The notes under the pieces: model-generated
What the model was told of the DNA's origin: nothing
Databases searched by the model: none
What the model saw: only the letters and a program-made list of their open reading frames with translations
Position numbers and translations under genes: made by a program
Part shown: positions 7,006 through 15,897 of the stretch, piece by piece
How positions within the stretch are numbered: the stretch's first letter is position 1
Layout: every line of letters begins with the position of its first letter
DNA from: Dehalococcoidia bacterium
Lineage (GTDB): Bacteria; Chloroflexota; Dehalococcoidia; GIF9; UBA5629
NCBI GenBank assembly: GCA_050011565.1
Contig: JBEKIW010000003.1
Coordinates: 133,765 to 165,764, forward strand
DNA length: 32,000 nt
Direction: 5' to 3'

Positions 7006-7588
7006 GAGACATCTCCTCCCTGCCTTTATCGAAGGCGACCATGTTCATTTTTAGAATGTTGGGTGACAGCCGTTGAGAAATGCAGTCTTTCCAAACATCA
7101 ATGCCAATGGGCAGAAACGAAGATAAACAGCCCAGCATAATCATATTCAGCGTCCTGATATCGCCCAGTTCCTTAGCCTGGCGGGTGCCATCAACGAAGT
7201 AAAAACGCTCAGCCCACTGCCGCAATATGCCCTCTATCTCCTTATCGCCCGGGTACCGCTGGGTCCCTAGGCTCACCGACAATGGCGGCGTCGACTGATT
7301 ATTGACAATGGAGGCACCGCCCTCGTGTAAATAGTAGCTCCACCTGGCTGCCTCCAATTTCTCGAAAGCGACCAGTATATCGACCTCGCCTTCTTTGATT
7401 AAAGGCGACCACACCTTATCAGATATACGAACATGACTGACGACGCTGCCGCCTCGCTGTGCCATACCCAACGTATCCGTTTTCTTGACATCATAACCGG
7501 CAGCCAGTGCCACCTCACCCAGTATATCGCTGGCCAGAACTATACCCTGCCCGCCTACGCCCACCATAAGCAAGTCCTGCTTTTTCAC
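6989..7588 (-). CDS. iorB: indolepyruvate:ferredoxin oxidoreductase, beta subunit
   Basis: The GVGGQG motif lies near the N-terminus. I place the start at GTG 7588, which overlaps the iorA TGA in a GTGA arrangement suggestive of translational coupling. An alternative ATG is at 7567. The track ORF extends to 7672 inside iorA, and that extension is unlikely to be coding. Confidence 0.85.
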   Translation of the reverse strand: MKKQDLLMVGVGGQGIVLASDILGEVALAAGYDVKKTDTLGMAQRGGSVVSHVRISDKVWSPLIKEGEVDILVAFEKLEAARWSYYLHEGGASIVNNQSTPPLSVSLGTQRYPGDKEIEGILRQWAERFYFVDGTRQAKELGDIRTLNMIMLGCLSSFLPIGIDVWKDCISQRLSPNILKMNMVAFDKGREEMSRAGVR

Positions 7589-9402
7589 TTCGACTCTCCG
7601 ACAGCAGTCAATGGGCCTATTGCCTTTTTGGGGCAGAGCTGCTCGCAGATGGTACAGGCAGCACCAGCACACAGCGCGGCATCGATGTAAATCTGCTCAT
7701 CCAGATTTTGTATTGCCGGACAGCCGATTCTCAGGCACGTCTCGCAGTCGTCGCATTTTTCTATATCAACAGCTCTTTGGCCGGAGCGCTTTCGCAGCCG
7801 TACCGAGCAAGCTCCGCGGACTATTATGACAGACAGCTCAGGGTTATCCAGCGAACTTCTCACCGCCGCTCTAAGAGCTTTCATATCAAAGGCGTCAACT
7901 ACCTTGACGTCGTTAACTCCGACGCCTTTAACCAGCCGCTCCAGCTCAACCATCCGGGTCTTTTTGCCCTTGGCTGAAACTCCCGTTCCGGGATGGTCCT
8001 GGTGTCCGGTCATAGCCGTAGTGCCGTTATCCAGTATGATAATCGTCACTCCCGATTTGTTGTAGACGGCATCGACCACGCCGGTAATACCGGAATGGAG
8101 GAACGTGGAGTCGCCGATAACAGCCACCACCTTGCCCTCAACGCCGGCCTTCTCCATTCCCAGAGCCTGACCGATGCCCGCACCCATACAGGCGGTAGTA
8201 TCCATAGCGCGCAGCGGCGGATAGGTAGCCAGCGTATAGCAGCCGATATCGCCGGTGATAATCAACTTCCCTTGCTCTTCCGACTTGCCTCTGGCATCCA
8301 GCAGCTTGGACCTCTGGCCTATGGTGTTAAGCACAAAGAATATGCCGGCATGCGGACAACCGCCGCACAGGACGGGGGGCCGTCCCGGTAATCCCTGCGG
8401 CAGCGGCACCTGCCTGCGTGAAGGCTTGGCTAATAGTCCAGCACGGTAACCGGCTGCCTCGACAATGCCCGGATTCAACTCACCGATTCTGGGGATGAAC
8501 TCCTTTCCCGTCACCTTTATACCCATGGCCAGTATATTTTCCTCCAGGAATGGGTCGAGCTCTTCAATAACGATTAGCCTGTCCACCTGTGCGGCGAACT
8601 CTTGGAGTAACTTCCGCGGCAGCGGATAGGTCATGCCCAGCTTAAGAAAAGAAGCCCTGGGAAATGCCTCTCTGGCGTACTGGTAGGCAACGCCGCTGCT
8701 GACCACACCGAGGTGGCATTCTCCCTTGATTATCTGGTTGCCGGGAAAGGTATCGGCATAGGCAGTAAGCTTGACCAGGCGCTGCTCGACGACCGGCCTC
8801 CGGAGACGGACATGAACTGGCAGCATGACATATTTCTCTACATCGTGCTTGAAGCTGGCTGGATTTGCCGGCGCCACCCGGCTCCGGTTCGTCTCCACCA
8901 CGGACTTGGAATGAGAAATGCGGGTGCTGGAGCGCACCAGCACCGGCGTATCGAACCGCTCACTGAGTTCAAAGGCAACAGCCATCAATTCATAGGCTTC
9001 CTGGCTGTCGCTGGGCTCAAGCATGGGCACCTTAGCCAGTTTGGCATAGTGGCGCGTGTCCTGCTCGTTCTGGGTGCTGAAGACACCAGGGTCATCGGCT
9101 ACAATCACCACCAGTCCACCATTAATGCCGGTTATAGATGCCGCCATAAAAGGATCACTGGCTACATTCAGTCCCACCTGCTTCATGGATACCAGAGCTC
9201 GAACTCCAGCATAAGCGGCTCCCATGCCCAGCTCCATAGCCACCTTCTCATTCGTCGACCACTCCGCGTAGACATCGTCAAAGCGGGCTATCGATTCAAG
9301 TATTTCGGTGCTGGGCGTACCGGGATAGGCTGCTGCCACCATAACGCCGGCATGATAGGCTCCGAGGGCAAAGGCTTCGTTTCCGGAGAGCAGTTTTTTC
9401 AT
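7585..9402 (-). CDS. iorA: indolepyruvate:ferredoxin oxidoreductase, alpha subunit (TPP-binding, C-terminal 2x[4Fe-4S])
   Basis: 605 aa. It has TPP-type motifs (GDIGCY, GDSTFLHSG) and two Cys clusters at the C-terminus (CDDCETCLRIGCP, CAGAACTICEQLCP). Confidence 0.92.
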   Translation of the reverse strand: MKKLLSGNEAFALGAYHAGVMVAAAYPGTPSTEILESIARFDDVYAEWSTNEKVAMELGMGAAYAGVRALVSMKQVGLNVASDPFMAASITGINGGLVVIVADDPGVFSTQNEQDTRHYAKLAKVPMLEPSDSQEAYELMAVAFELSERFDTPVLVRSSTRISHSKSVVETNRSRVAPANPASFKHDVEKYVMLPVHVRLRRPVVEQRLVKLTAYADTFPGNQIIKGECHLGVVSSGVAYQYAREAFPRASFLKLGMTYPLPRKLLQEFAAQVDRLIVIEELDPFLEENILAMGIKVTGKEFIPRIGELNPGIVEAAGYRAGLLAKPSRRQVPLPQGLPGRPPVLCGGCPHAGIFFVLNTIGQRSKLLDARGKSEEQGKLIITGDIGCYTLATYPPLRAMDTTACMGAGIGQALGMEKAGVEGKVVAVIGDSTFLHSGITGVVDAVYNKSGVTIIILDNGTTAMTGHQDHPGTGVSAKGKKTRMVELERLVKGVGVNDVKVVDAFDMKALRAAVRSSLDNPELSVIIVRGACSVRLRKRSGQRAVDIEKCDDCETCLRIGCPAIQNLDEQIYIDAALCAGAACTICEQLCPKKAIGPLTAVGESK

Positions 9403-9444
9403 CGTTTTACCGGCTCAATGTGGAAAGCAATAAACCAGGTTAGC

Positions 9445-9474
9445 ATTATGCCACGTGAGGAACCTAAATGGCAA
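9445..9474 (-). promoter_or_regulatory. candidate promoter of the iorA-iorB-aminotransferase-thioesterase operon
   Basis: On the minus strand: TTGCCA (9474..9469), an 18-nt spacer, then TGgCATAAT (-10 at 9450..9445). It lies about 45 nt upstream of the iorA ATG. Confidence 0.45.
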
Positions 9475-9488
9475 CTGGGTGGTAGGAG

Positions 9489-9568
9489 GAAAATCCCCCT
9501 TAGTCCCCCTTTTCCAAAGGGGGAGAGTTTCTTCCTTTCCTAAAGGGAGATTGAGAGGGATTTTATTT
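9489..9568. repeat. inverted copy of the composite REP-like element seen at 5163-5292
   Basis: The reverse complement of 9489-9568 reads AAAATCCCTCTCAATCTCCCTTTAGGAAAGG...CTCTCCCCCTTTGGAAAAGGGGGACTAAGGGGGATTTT. This matches 5165-5202 plus 5250-5288, with about 50 bp missing in between. It contains the hairpin CCCCCTTT-tcc-AAAGGGGG (9505-9523) and abuts the asd stop codon. Confidence 0.7.
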
Positions 9569-10651
9569 GACTAATCCCTTGGCTTTAAGAAGCTCGGCGA
9601 TGAGTATGGCGCCACCCGCCGCGCCCCGAACCGTATTATGGTGCAGACCGATAAAGCGGTAGTCGAAGACATTACATTTTCGCAGTCTGCCCACGGAGAC
9701 CGTCATGCCTCTGCCGGCATTCCTGTCCTTCTGCGGCTGCGGCCGGTTGACCTCCGTACGGTATATCATCGGCGGGATAGGCGCCGAGGGCAGTTTCAAT
9801 TCCTGCGGCAAAGCCGTGAAATTCTGCCAGATACTGATAATCTGATCCATCTCCGGTTTTTTGCCGGCAAACTGGAGGCTGACGCAAGCCGTATGTCCAT
9901 CGGTCACGGCAACCCTGTTGCAGTGCGCTGAAATCTTGATACTTTCATCGTCGACAAAACTGCCGTTCTTTATCTTGCCGAAAATCTTCTTCGGTTCCAC
10001 CTCTGATTTCTCTTCCTCACCGGAGATATACGGGACGATGTTGTCTACCAGGTCGATAGCAGCCGGCCCGGGATAGCCGGCGCCGGACAGCGCTTGAAGA
10101 GTGGTGACAATCATCTTATCTACCGCATAACCGGCTTTCATCAGCGCGTAGATAGGCAGCATATAGCTCTGAATACTGCAATTAGGTTTGACCACAATGA
10201 ATCCCTGGCTCCAGCCGTGATTTTTCTGCTGGGCGGGAATAATATCGAGATGGTCGGCGTTGATTTCCGGTATAAGCACCGGCACGTCTTCCGTATGCCG
10301 GTGAGCGGAGTTGTTGGAGACTACGGCGAATCCCTTGGCGGCGTATTCTGATTCCATGGCGATAATTGCCTGTTTATCCATTTCAACCGCCGAGAAGATG
10401 ATGCTGCACTTTCCCTTTGCTTTCCCGATATTGCTGGCATCTTCAACCACTACGTCTCTAACTTCCTCCGGAATGTCCTCCCTCATGTGCCAGCGTCCGG
10501 CAACGGCCTCGCTGTATTTCTTGCCGGCCGAATTTGCCGATGCTGCCAGATGCACCACCTCGAACCAGGGGTGATTGTTCAACAGTCTTATGAAGTTCTG
10601 GCCAACCATTCCGGTGGCACCAATGACACCTACCTTAATCTTTTTTTCCAT
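9563..10651 (-). CDS. asd: aspartate-semialdehyde dehydrogenase
   Basis: 362 aa. It has the N-terminal GATGMVGQ dinucleotide fold, the active-site NCSIQ cysteine and a conserved C-terminal GAAGGA region. Confidence 0.92.
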   Translation of the reverse strand: MEKKIKVGVIGATGMVGQNFIRLLNNHPWFEVVHLAASANSAGKKYSEAVAGRWHMREDIPEEVRDVVVEDASNIGKAKGKCSIIFSAVEMDKQAIIAMESEYAAKGFAVVSNNSAHRHTEDVPVLIPEINADHLDIIPAQQKNHGWSQGFIVVKPNCSIQSYMLPIYALMKAGYAVDKMIVTTLQALSGAGYPGPAAIDLVDNIVPYISGEEEKSEVEPKKIFGKIKNGSFVDDESIKISAHCNRVAVTDGHTACVSLQFAGKKPEMDQIISIWQNFTALPQELKLPSAPIPPMIYRTEVNRPQPQKDRNAGRGMTVSVGRLRKCNVFDYRFIGLHHNTVRGAAGGAILIAELLKAKGLVK

Positions 10652-10839
10652 GTCTGCTCCTCCGGATACAGTATTTAAGCTCCCGGTGAGAAATTATAGC
10701 AGTTTTCGAATGCCCATTGTCCAGTTTGCCTTCAATCAGCCGCTCACACTATGATTTATTGTTCCATATCAATTATAGGTGCTACAATTCAACGAATGTC
10801 GGTTAATGCACAAGCTTGACGAACAGGAGTCAGTGAAAA

Positions 10840-11241
10840 ATGAAGACTAAAACAATCCACCAGACAGTGACGTTTAAAGCCACTCCACATGAAGTATACG
10901 AGACGCTTATGGACTCGAAAAAACACGCGGAGCTTGTCGGTGCTGAAGCGAAAATAAGCAAAAAAGTTGGCGCCAAATTCAGTATTTATGAGGGCGAAAT
11001 CGAAGGTGTAAATCTCGAACTGGTGCCCGACCACAAGATCGTTCAGTCGTGGCGGTACAACGACTGGCCGGAAGGCCACTACTCAAAGGCTACTTTCTTG
11101 CTTGAAGAAAGCAAGGGCACCACGAAACTAACTTTTACCCAGACCGAAGTCCCCGAGGAACGTTACGAAGATGTCTCGCAGGGGTGGCATGACTACTACT
11201 GGTCACCTATGAAAGAGATGCTGGAGAAACCAAAGAAATAG
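10840..11241 (+). CDS. SRPBCC / Aha1-domain (activator of Hsp90 ATPase homolog 1-like) protein
   Basis: 133 aa. The pattern ..FKATPHEVYETLMDSKKHAE....W...W.....S.ATF.LEE..GTTKLTFTQTEVPEE matches the AHSA1/SRPBCC family as I recall it. An AGGAG SD is present. Confidence 0.75.
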   Translation: MKTKTIHQTVTFKATPHEVYETLMDSKKHAELVGAEAKISKKVGAKFSIYEGEIEGVNLELVPDHKIVQSWRYNDWPEGHYSKATFLLEESKGTTKLTFTQTEVPEERYEDVSQGWHDYYWSPMKEMLEKPKK

Positions 11242-11281
11242 TCACTGCTGGCGCCAGCATGGGTCAAACACCCAATGAAGG

Positions 11282-12118
11282 TTAGGCGCCCATGGCAGCA
11301 ACTACGATGGTACCTGGCCCGCCGTGTACGCCCAATCCGGCGCCTATTCTGGTCATTAAAATGTGTTTCTCGTCGATGACAGACCCCAGCATTTTCTTGA
11401 GCTTTTCAGCCTCTTCGGGGACCGTGCTCTGGGCTATGCCAACCTCCATCAGATTGGGATAATTCTTAACAAACTTGAATACCTGCTCTACACCCTTGGT
11501 GTACGAGCGAGCCATACCTGCCTGAATGAGTTCACCATCGCGCATTTTAAGTATGGGCTTTACATTCAGCAGTGCGCCTACCAGCGCCCTGGTCCTGGTT
11601 ATGCGCCCGCCCTTGAGTAGATATTGCAGCGTGTCAAGCAGTCCCCGGATTTGAGTCTTACCGATAGCTTTCTTCGTCTCCTCCAAAACCTCTGCCAGCT
11701 TACCGCCACTGTTAGCTACTCGAGCCGCTGCTAAAACTATTAGCCCCAGACCTACTGATACCGACAAACTATCAAATACATGCACTTCGCACTTGGGCTT
11801 GGCTATCTCGAGCCCCTGCAGCGCTGCGTTATAGGTGCCGCTGACTTTAGTCGGTAGATGTATGGAAACAATAGCCTCAGCATCTTTGGCAAGAGCGGTA
11901 TACGTCTCAGCAAAGTCAGCGGGCATCGGCTGCGTGGTGGTGGGATAAATCGGGCCTTCCACCAATTTCTTGTACAGCTCATCCGGCCCTATGTCTACTC
12001 CGTCTTTGTATGCCTTATCACCGAAATAGATGTACACCGGGACAATGGTTATACCCAGTTTCTTAGCCAGCTCGAGCGGTATATCCGAGCCGCTGTCAGT
12101 GACAATCTTTACCGTCAA
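11282..12118 (-). CDS. DegV family fatty-acid-binding protein
   Basis: 278 aa. The N-terminal VKIVTDSGSDIP signature and the length are typical of DegV. The start is TTG, preceded by a GGAGGTG SD. Confidence 0.88.
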   Translation of the reverse strand: MTVKIVTDSGSDIPLELAKKLGITIVPVYIYFGDKAYKDGVDIGPDELYKKLVEGPIYPTTTQPMPADFAETYTALAKDAEAIVSIHLPTKVSGTYNAALQGLEIAKPKCEVHVFDSLSVSVGLGLIVLAAARVANSGGKLAEVLEETKKAIGKTQIRGLLDTLQYLLKGGRITRTRALVGALLNVKPILKMRDGELIQAGMARSYTKGVEQVFKFVKNYPNLMEVGIAQSTVPEEAEKLKKMLGSVIDEKHILMTRIGAGLGVHGGPGTIVVAAMGA

Positions 12119-12231
12119 AACTCACCTCCGAATACTTCCGATAGTAAAAGTCACCGAATTCTACCTGCGGTTAAGGGGAAATGCAATACCTTGCTATGCT
12201 ATGGCACGGTGGATGAATAGATAGAAACGCT

Positions 12232-13437
12232 CTACTCGTGGCGCAGAGATTCGATGGGGTCGAGCCGGGCGGCTCTAAAAGCCGGATAGGTGCCGGATAT
12301 GACGCCGATTCCAATGGACACAGCCAGCGCCAGTATGACAATGCCCGCTGAAATCTGAGCCCCAACGGTTAACTCTCCAAATGCAACGTTCTTCAGGAAC
12401 AACGAGAAGAATAACGCCAGGGCTAAGCCAATCAAACCGCCGGACAGACTCAGTGCCGCTGCTTCAATTAGAAACTGGATTAAAATATCACGCCTTTTAG
12501 CACCGATGGCTTTGCGTATGCCGATTTCTCGTGTGCGTTCGGACACCGAAACCAGCATTATATTCATAATTCCGATGCCGCCTACAAGAAGCGAGATGGC
12601 GCCGACGCTGCTTAAGAAAAAAGAAAAGGCAGCCAGTTGTGATTGCAATTGATTAAGTACATCGCGCATGTCCCTGATCTGGAAATCATCTGAAGCCCCC
12701 GACCCGATAAAATGCCGCGCTCTCATGATGGAGGTTATCTCGGCAATAGCCGCATCCACCTGGTCGGGACTGGCCGCCTTTACCGCAATCTGCTGGATAT
12801 TGTTGCCGCCTGATATTTTGGATTGCATAGTGGTAAGTGGCATCAGTATAAAGCTGTCTCCAGTGAAACCACCCATTTTCGCTACGGCGCCGACAACCTG
12901 GTATCTACCACCGGCGACACGTATGGTCTGGCCCACTGCCGTTTGATTCCCGAATAAGTCCTGGGCCGTCTGCCAGCCGAGCACCACCACATTCTGCCTG
13001 GCTGCCAGGTCCTGGTCGGTTATGAATCTGCCAGCTGAAAGATCATATTTTTTTATCTCACCTATTAACGGCGTTATTCCCGTAGCCTGCACATTTACGT
13101 TATTATTGCCGTAAGATGCACTGACTCCCTTGCTAAGGGTAGGCGCAGCTAGGGCTATCGACGGAGCCAGGGATTTATCTGCCAGCGCCTGCGCATCGTC
13201 AAAAGTCAACGGACGAATAATAGAAACAGTTTTATCTGTAGTGCCGGAAACATAAAGAGCGCTGGCTCCCAGATTTTCAAAAGTCTGCTGCATACTTTTC
13301 TGGAATCCGTTTCCCAGGGCCACCAGCAGGACCACCGCGCTAACTCCGATAATAATGCCCAGCATGGTGAGAGACGACCGCAGTTTATTGGCAAATATCG
13401 ACTGCCAAGCGGTTTTAAGGCTCTCCAGTATATTCAA
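12232..13437 (-). CDS. ABC transporter permease, MacB/FtsX family
   Basis: 401 aa. It has an N-terminal TM helix, a large extracytoplasmic domain and a C-terminal FtsX-type 3-TM bundle (..ERTREIGIRKAIGA...). The start overlaps the ATPase stop by 4 nt. Confidence 0.9.
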   Translation of the reverse strand: MNILESLKTAWQSIFANKLRSSLTMLGIIIGVSAVVLLVALGNGFQKSMQQTFENLGASALYVSGTTDKTVSIIRPLTFDDAQALADKSLAPSIALAAPTLSKGVSASYGNNNVNVQATGITPLIGEIKKYDLSAGRFITDQDLAARQNVVVLGWQTAQDLFGNQTAVGQTIRVAGGRYQVVGAVAKMGGFTGDSFILMPLTTMQSKISGGNNIQQIAVKAASPDQVDAAIAEITSIMRARHFIGSGASDDFQIRDMRDVLNQLQSQLAAFSFFLSSVGAISLLVGGIGIMNIMLVSVSERTREIGIRKAIGAKRRDILIQFLIEAAALSLSGGLIGLALALFFSLFLKNVAFGELTVGAQISAGIVILALAVSIGIGVISGTYPAFRAARLDPIESLRHE

Positions 13438-14120
13438 CGCTTCTTTTCCTCTACTATTTTTCCATCCCTGATATAGATCGTCCTCTCCGTGTAAGAGGCG
13501 ATATCTTCTTCGTGGGTAACGATAACGATAGTAATCCCTTTTTTGCGCTGTTCCAGTAAAACATCCATGATATTGTGGCTGGATTGGGTATCCAGGTTGC
13601 CTGTCGGTTCATCGGCAAGTATTATCCGCGGATTATTTACCAGGGCGCGGGCGATAGCCACTCTCTGCTGTTCGCCGCCAGACATTTCGGTCGGGTGATG
13701 GCGCGCCCTGTTGCCGATGCCTACGGCTTCCAGCGCCGCCATAGCGCCTTGCCGCCTCTGACGGTGGCCGGCATACATCATCGGCAATTCCACGTTCTCC
13801 AGCGCCGTCATTTTAGGCAACAGGTTGTAGGACTGGAAAACAAAACCCAGTTTTCTATTTCTTATCACCGCCAGCTCATTATCGCTGAGGCTGGAGACAT
13901 CCTGACTATCCAGACAGTAAATTCCACCAGAAGGGCGGTCCAGGCAGCCGATTATATTCATAAGCGTAGACTTGCCGGAGCCGGATGGCCCCATGATGGA
14001 AACTACTTCACCTTTCTCGCACCGAAAAGAAATACCGTCCAGGGCATTAACCTTAACCTCTCCAAGGTCATACACCTTGGTCACATCCTTTAATTCAATA
14101 ATGCCATCTGATTCAGCCAT
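13434..14120 (-). CDS. ABC transporter ATP-binding protein (MacB/LolD type)
   Basis: 228 aa. It has Walker A (GPSGSGKST), the ABC signature (MSGGEQQRVAIARAL) and Walker B (IILADEPTGNLD). Confidence 0.93.
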   Translation of the reverse strand: MAESDGIIELKDVTKVYDLGEVKVNALDGISFRCEKGEVVSIMGPSGSGKSTLMNIIGCLDRPSGGIYCLDSQDVSSLSDNELAVIRNRKLGFVFQSYNLLPKMTALENVELPMMYAGHRQRRQGAMAALEAVGIGNRARHHPTEMSGGEQQRVAIARALVNNPRIILADEPTGNLDTQSSHNIMDVLLEQRKKGITIVIVTHEEDIASYTERTIYIRDGKIVEEKKR

Positions 14121-14168
14121 GTCGTAACACCAAATCCAAGAAGATTATACAATATAGAAGCCGGTCTA

Positions 14169-15893
14169 TTAACGTATCGGGATACCTGTACCTCGCGTCC
14201 CCTGCCGAGAGGCACCGTTACTCGTTGTCGGCGGAGTTCCCGTTACCGTGACTTTGTCTCCTTCTTTTAATCCCGATAGCACCTCAGCGTACTGAAAGGT
14301 TTGCTGGCCCAAAGTAACCGGCCTGTATTCGGGCTGTCCCGTCGTTGGGTTGATGACCGCCACCACGGGGCCCTCACGCGTCTCTACAATTACCGATACG
14401 GGCACCAGCAATGCGCCTTTAGCGCTGTATATGCTGATATCGGCAGTGGCGCTTAAGCCACCTCTGAGTTCGACATCAGTCGGGTCCAGCTGAATGGTAA
14501 TAGCAAATTTAATGACGTTGCCGGAAGCTACGCCAAAGGGAGAGATAAATTTAACCGTACCGGTAAATACCTTGTTGGGTATGGCATCCACTGTGATATT
14601 TACCTTTTGCCCGGGTTGCACTTTCATAATGTCGATTTCATCAACCGTTCCTTCGAACCTGATGGAGTTGGTATCAACCAGCGTGATGGCTGTCGTCGAC
14701 GAATAGTTCTGCGCCGAAAGTACGGAGGATTTCTTGAGGTTTGCGCTGACCACAGTGCCATCGGCAGGGGCTATGATGGCCGTATTCATGATGGCCTGCT
14801 TCGCCTGGAATAGAGATATTTGAGCACTTTGAAGGCTGAGGTTGTATTGCTGCAATGTTTGCCAGTTGATGTTTTTCCCGACCACAAAGAGTGACGTCTG
14901 ATTTTCCAGAACGTCCCGGCCGACGAGCAGGTTAAGCTGGGTAATATACAACTTCTTGGCGGCTTCAATCGGCTCGGCGCCGTCCTGTGCCAGATAGTTC
15001 TCCAAATCCTGCAGAGAACGAATAGATGACTGCAGGAAATCAGCGCTGGTAGCGGTATCCGGATATTCGAACATCTCGCTGCCCTTGAGATATACAGTGC
15101 TTTCAGCCAGATTGTAAGCCGTAAACATTTCCTGCTGGGCAGCAGCTAATTTAGACGCCACTTTATCATATGCTCCGACTTTCATATCACTGCTTATGTC
15201 CAAAAGTTTCTGCTGGTACTTCTGCATGTAATCGACCACCGCCGCATCAGTGGGAGTCGGAGATTTAAAGCCGCCTTCGTAAAGGTCAGGATAGTAAGTC
15301 GAGTTTATCTTGGCTCCGGCCAGTGCGGCGGCATCGGGCTTGGATGCGATAAGGTCCGCACCCACTTCGACGTCGAAATAGGTCATTATTAAATCACGAC
15401 CGGCGTCTTTGTAATCCCCCTGCTTGAACTCGTTAACCGCCGTATCCAAATCTTTTCGTGCCTGGTCAAATATGCGGGGCACGCTCAAATCAGGATAAGT
15501 ATAAGGAAGATGGTCGCAGCCCACCGCAGCACTGTCGGTCTTTGACTGCACCGTTATATTATTTTGCGCCGTCTGTACACTTAGCAAGGCGGTTTTAATG
15601 GCATTCCTCTGAGTCGTATCATCGAGCATAGCCAGCAGTGCACCCTGCTTTACCTTATCACCTTCTTCAACAAATATTTGTTGCACCTGCCCGTTGGTGC
15701 CGAAGCGCAGGTCGTACTCATCGGGCATGGTGAGGTGGCCATCGGATGATACATTGATATTCAGGTCTCCCTTTTTTACTTCGAAAACCTGGCCCGGGGT
15801 AGCAGTAGTAGCGGTGCTCTTAGCGCAGGCACCAGCCACTATCGGGAATACGATAACGGCCAGTATCAGTATGCTTATCAGGATTTTTTTCAT
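14169..15893 (-). CDS. HlyD-family membrane-fusion/periplasmic adaptor protein, long form (paralog 1), probable lipoprotein
   Basis: 574 aa. The signal peptide ends in AGAC. The two lipoyl-domain halves (VEEGDKVKQGALLAMLD and IIAPADGTVVS) are separated by about 270 aa. The C-terminal beta-barrel/MP region is closely similar to the upstream paralog. Confidence 0.85.
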   Translation of the reverse strand: MKKILISILILAVIVFPIVAGACAKSTATTATPGQVFEVKKGDLNINVSSDGHLTMPDEYDLRFGTNGQVQQIFVEEGDKVKQGALLAMLDDTTQRNAIKTALLSVQTAQNNITVQSKTDSAAVGCDHLPYTYPDLSVPRIFDQARKDLDTAVNEFKQGDYKDAGRDLIMTYFDVEVGADLIASKPDAAALAGAKINSTYYPDLYEGGFKSPTPTDAAVVDYMQKYQQKLLDISSDMKVGAYDKVASKLAAAQQEMFTAYNLAESTVYLKGSEMFEYPDTATSADFLQSSIRSLQDLENYLAQDGAEPIEAAKKLYITQLNLLVGRDVLENQTSLFVVGKNINWQTLQQYNLSLQSAQISLFQAKQAIMNTAIIAPADGTVVSANLKKSSVLSAQNYSSTTAITLVDTNSIRFEGTVDEIDIMKVQPGQKVNITVDAIPNKVFTGTVKFISPFGVASGNVIKFAITIQLDPTDVELRGGLSATADISIYSAKGALLVPVSVIVETREGPVVAVINPTTGQPEYRPVTLGQQTFQYAEVLSGLKEGDKVTVTGTPPTTSNGASRQGTRGTGIPIR

Positions 15894-15897
15894 CTTA

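Noticed and set aside
7589-7672. N-terminal extension of the iorB ORF (the track start at 7672 gives MCWCCLYHLRAALPQ...)
   Set aside because: The extension lies entirely within the iorA coding region in another frame and is Cys/Arg-rich nonsense. The GTG at 7588 gives the usual short N-terminus before GVGGQG and a GTGA stop/start overlap.
8713-9543. 276-aa plus-strand ORF, and similar long ORFs at 504..926, 6430..6996, 7993..8391, 13575..14093, 15694..16281 and 16049..16348
   Set aside because: All lie antisense to well-supported genes with strong family motifs (iorA, SDR, aminotransferase, ABC ATPase, adaptors). Their translations are low-complexity and Arg/His/Gly-rich, as is typical of shadow ORFs in GC-rich coding DNA. 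None has an SD or a recognisable motif.
10789-11079. 96-aa minus-strand ORF overlapping the SRPBCC gene
   Set aside because: It lies antisense to an ORF with a good SD and recognisable family pattern, and it has no features of its own.
11246-11259. Perfect 14-nt palindrome TGCTGGCGCCAGCA between the convergent SRPBCC and DegV genes, considered as a bidirectional terminator
   Set aside because: The stem would be only about 5 bp with a 4-nt loop, and no U-tract follows on either strand. This is insufficient to call a terminator.
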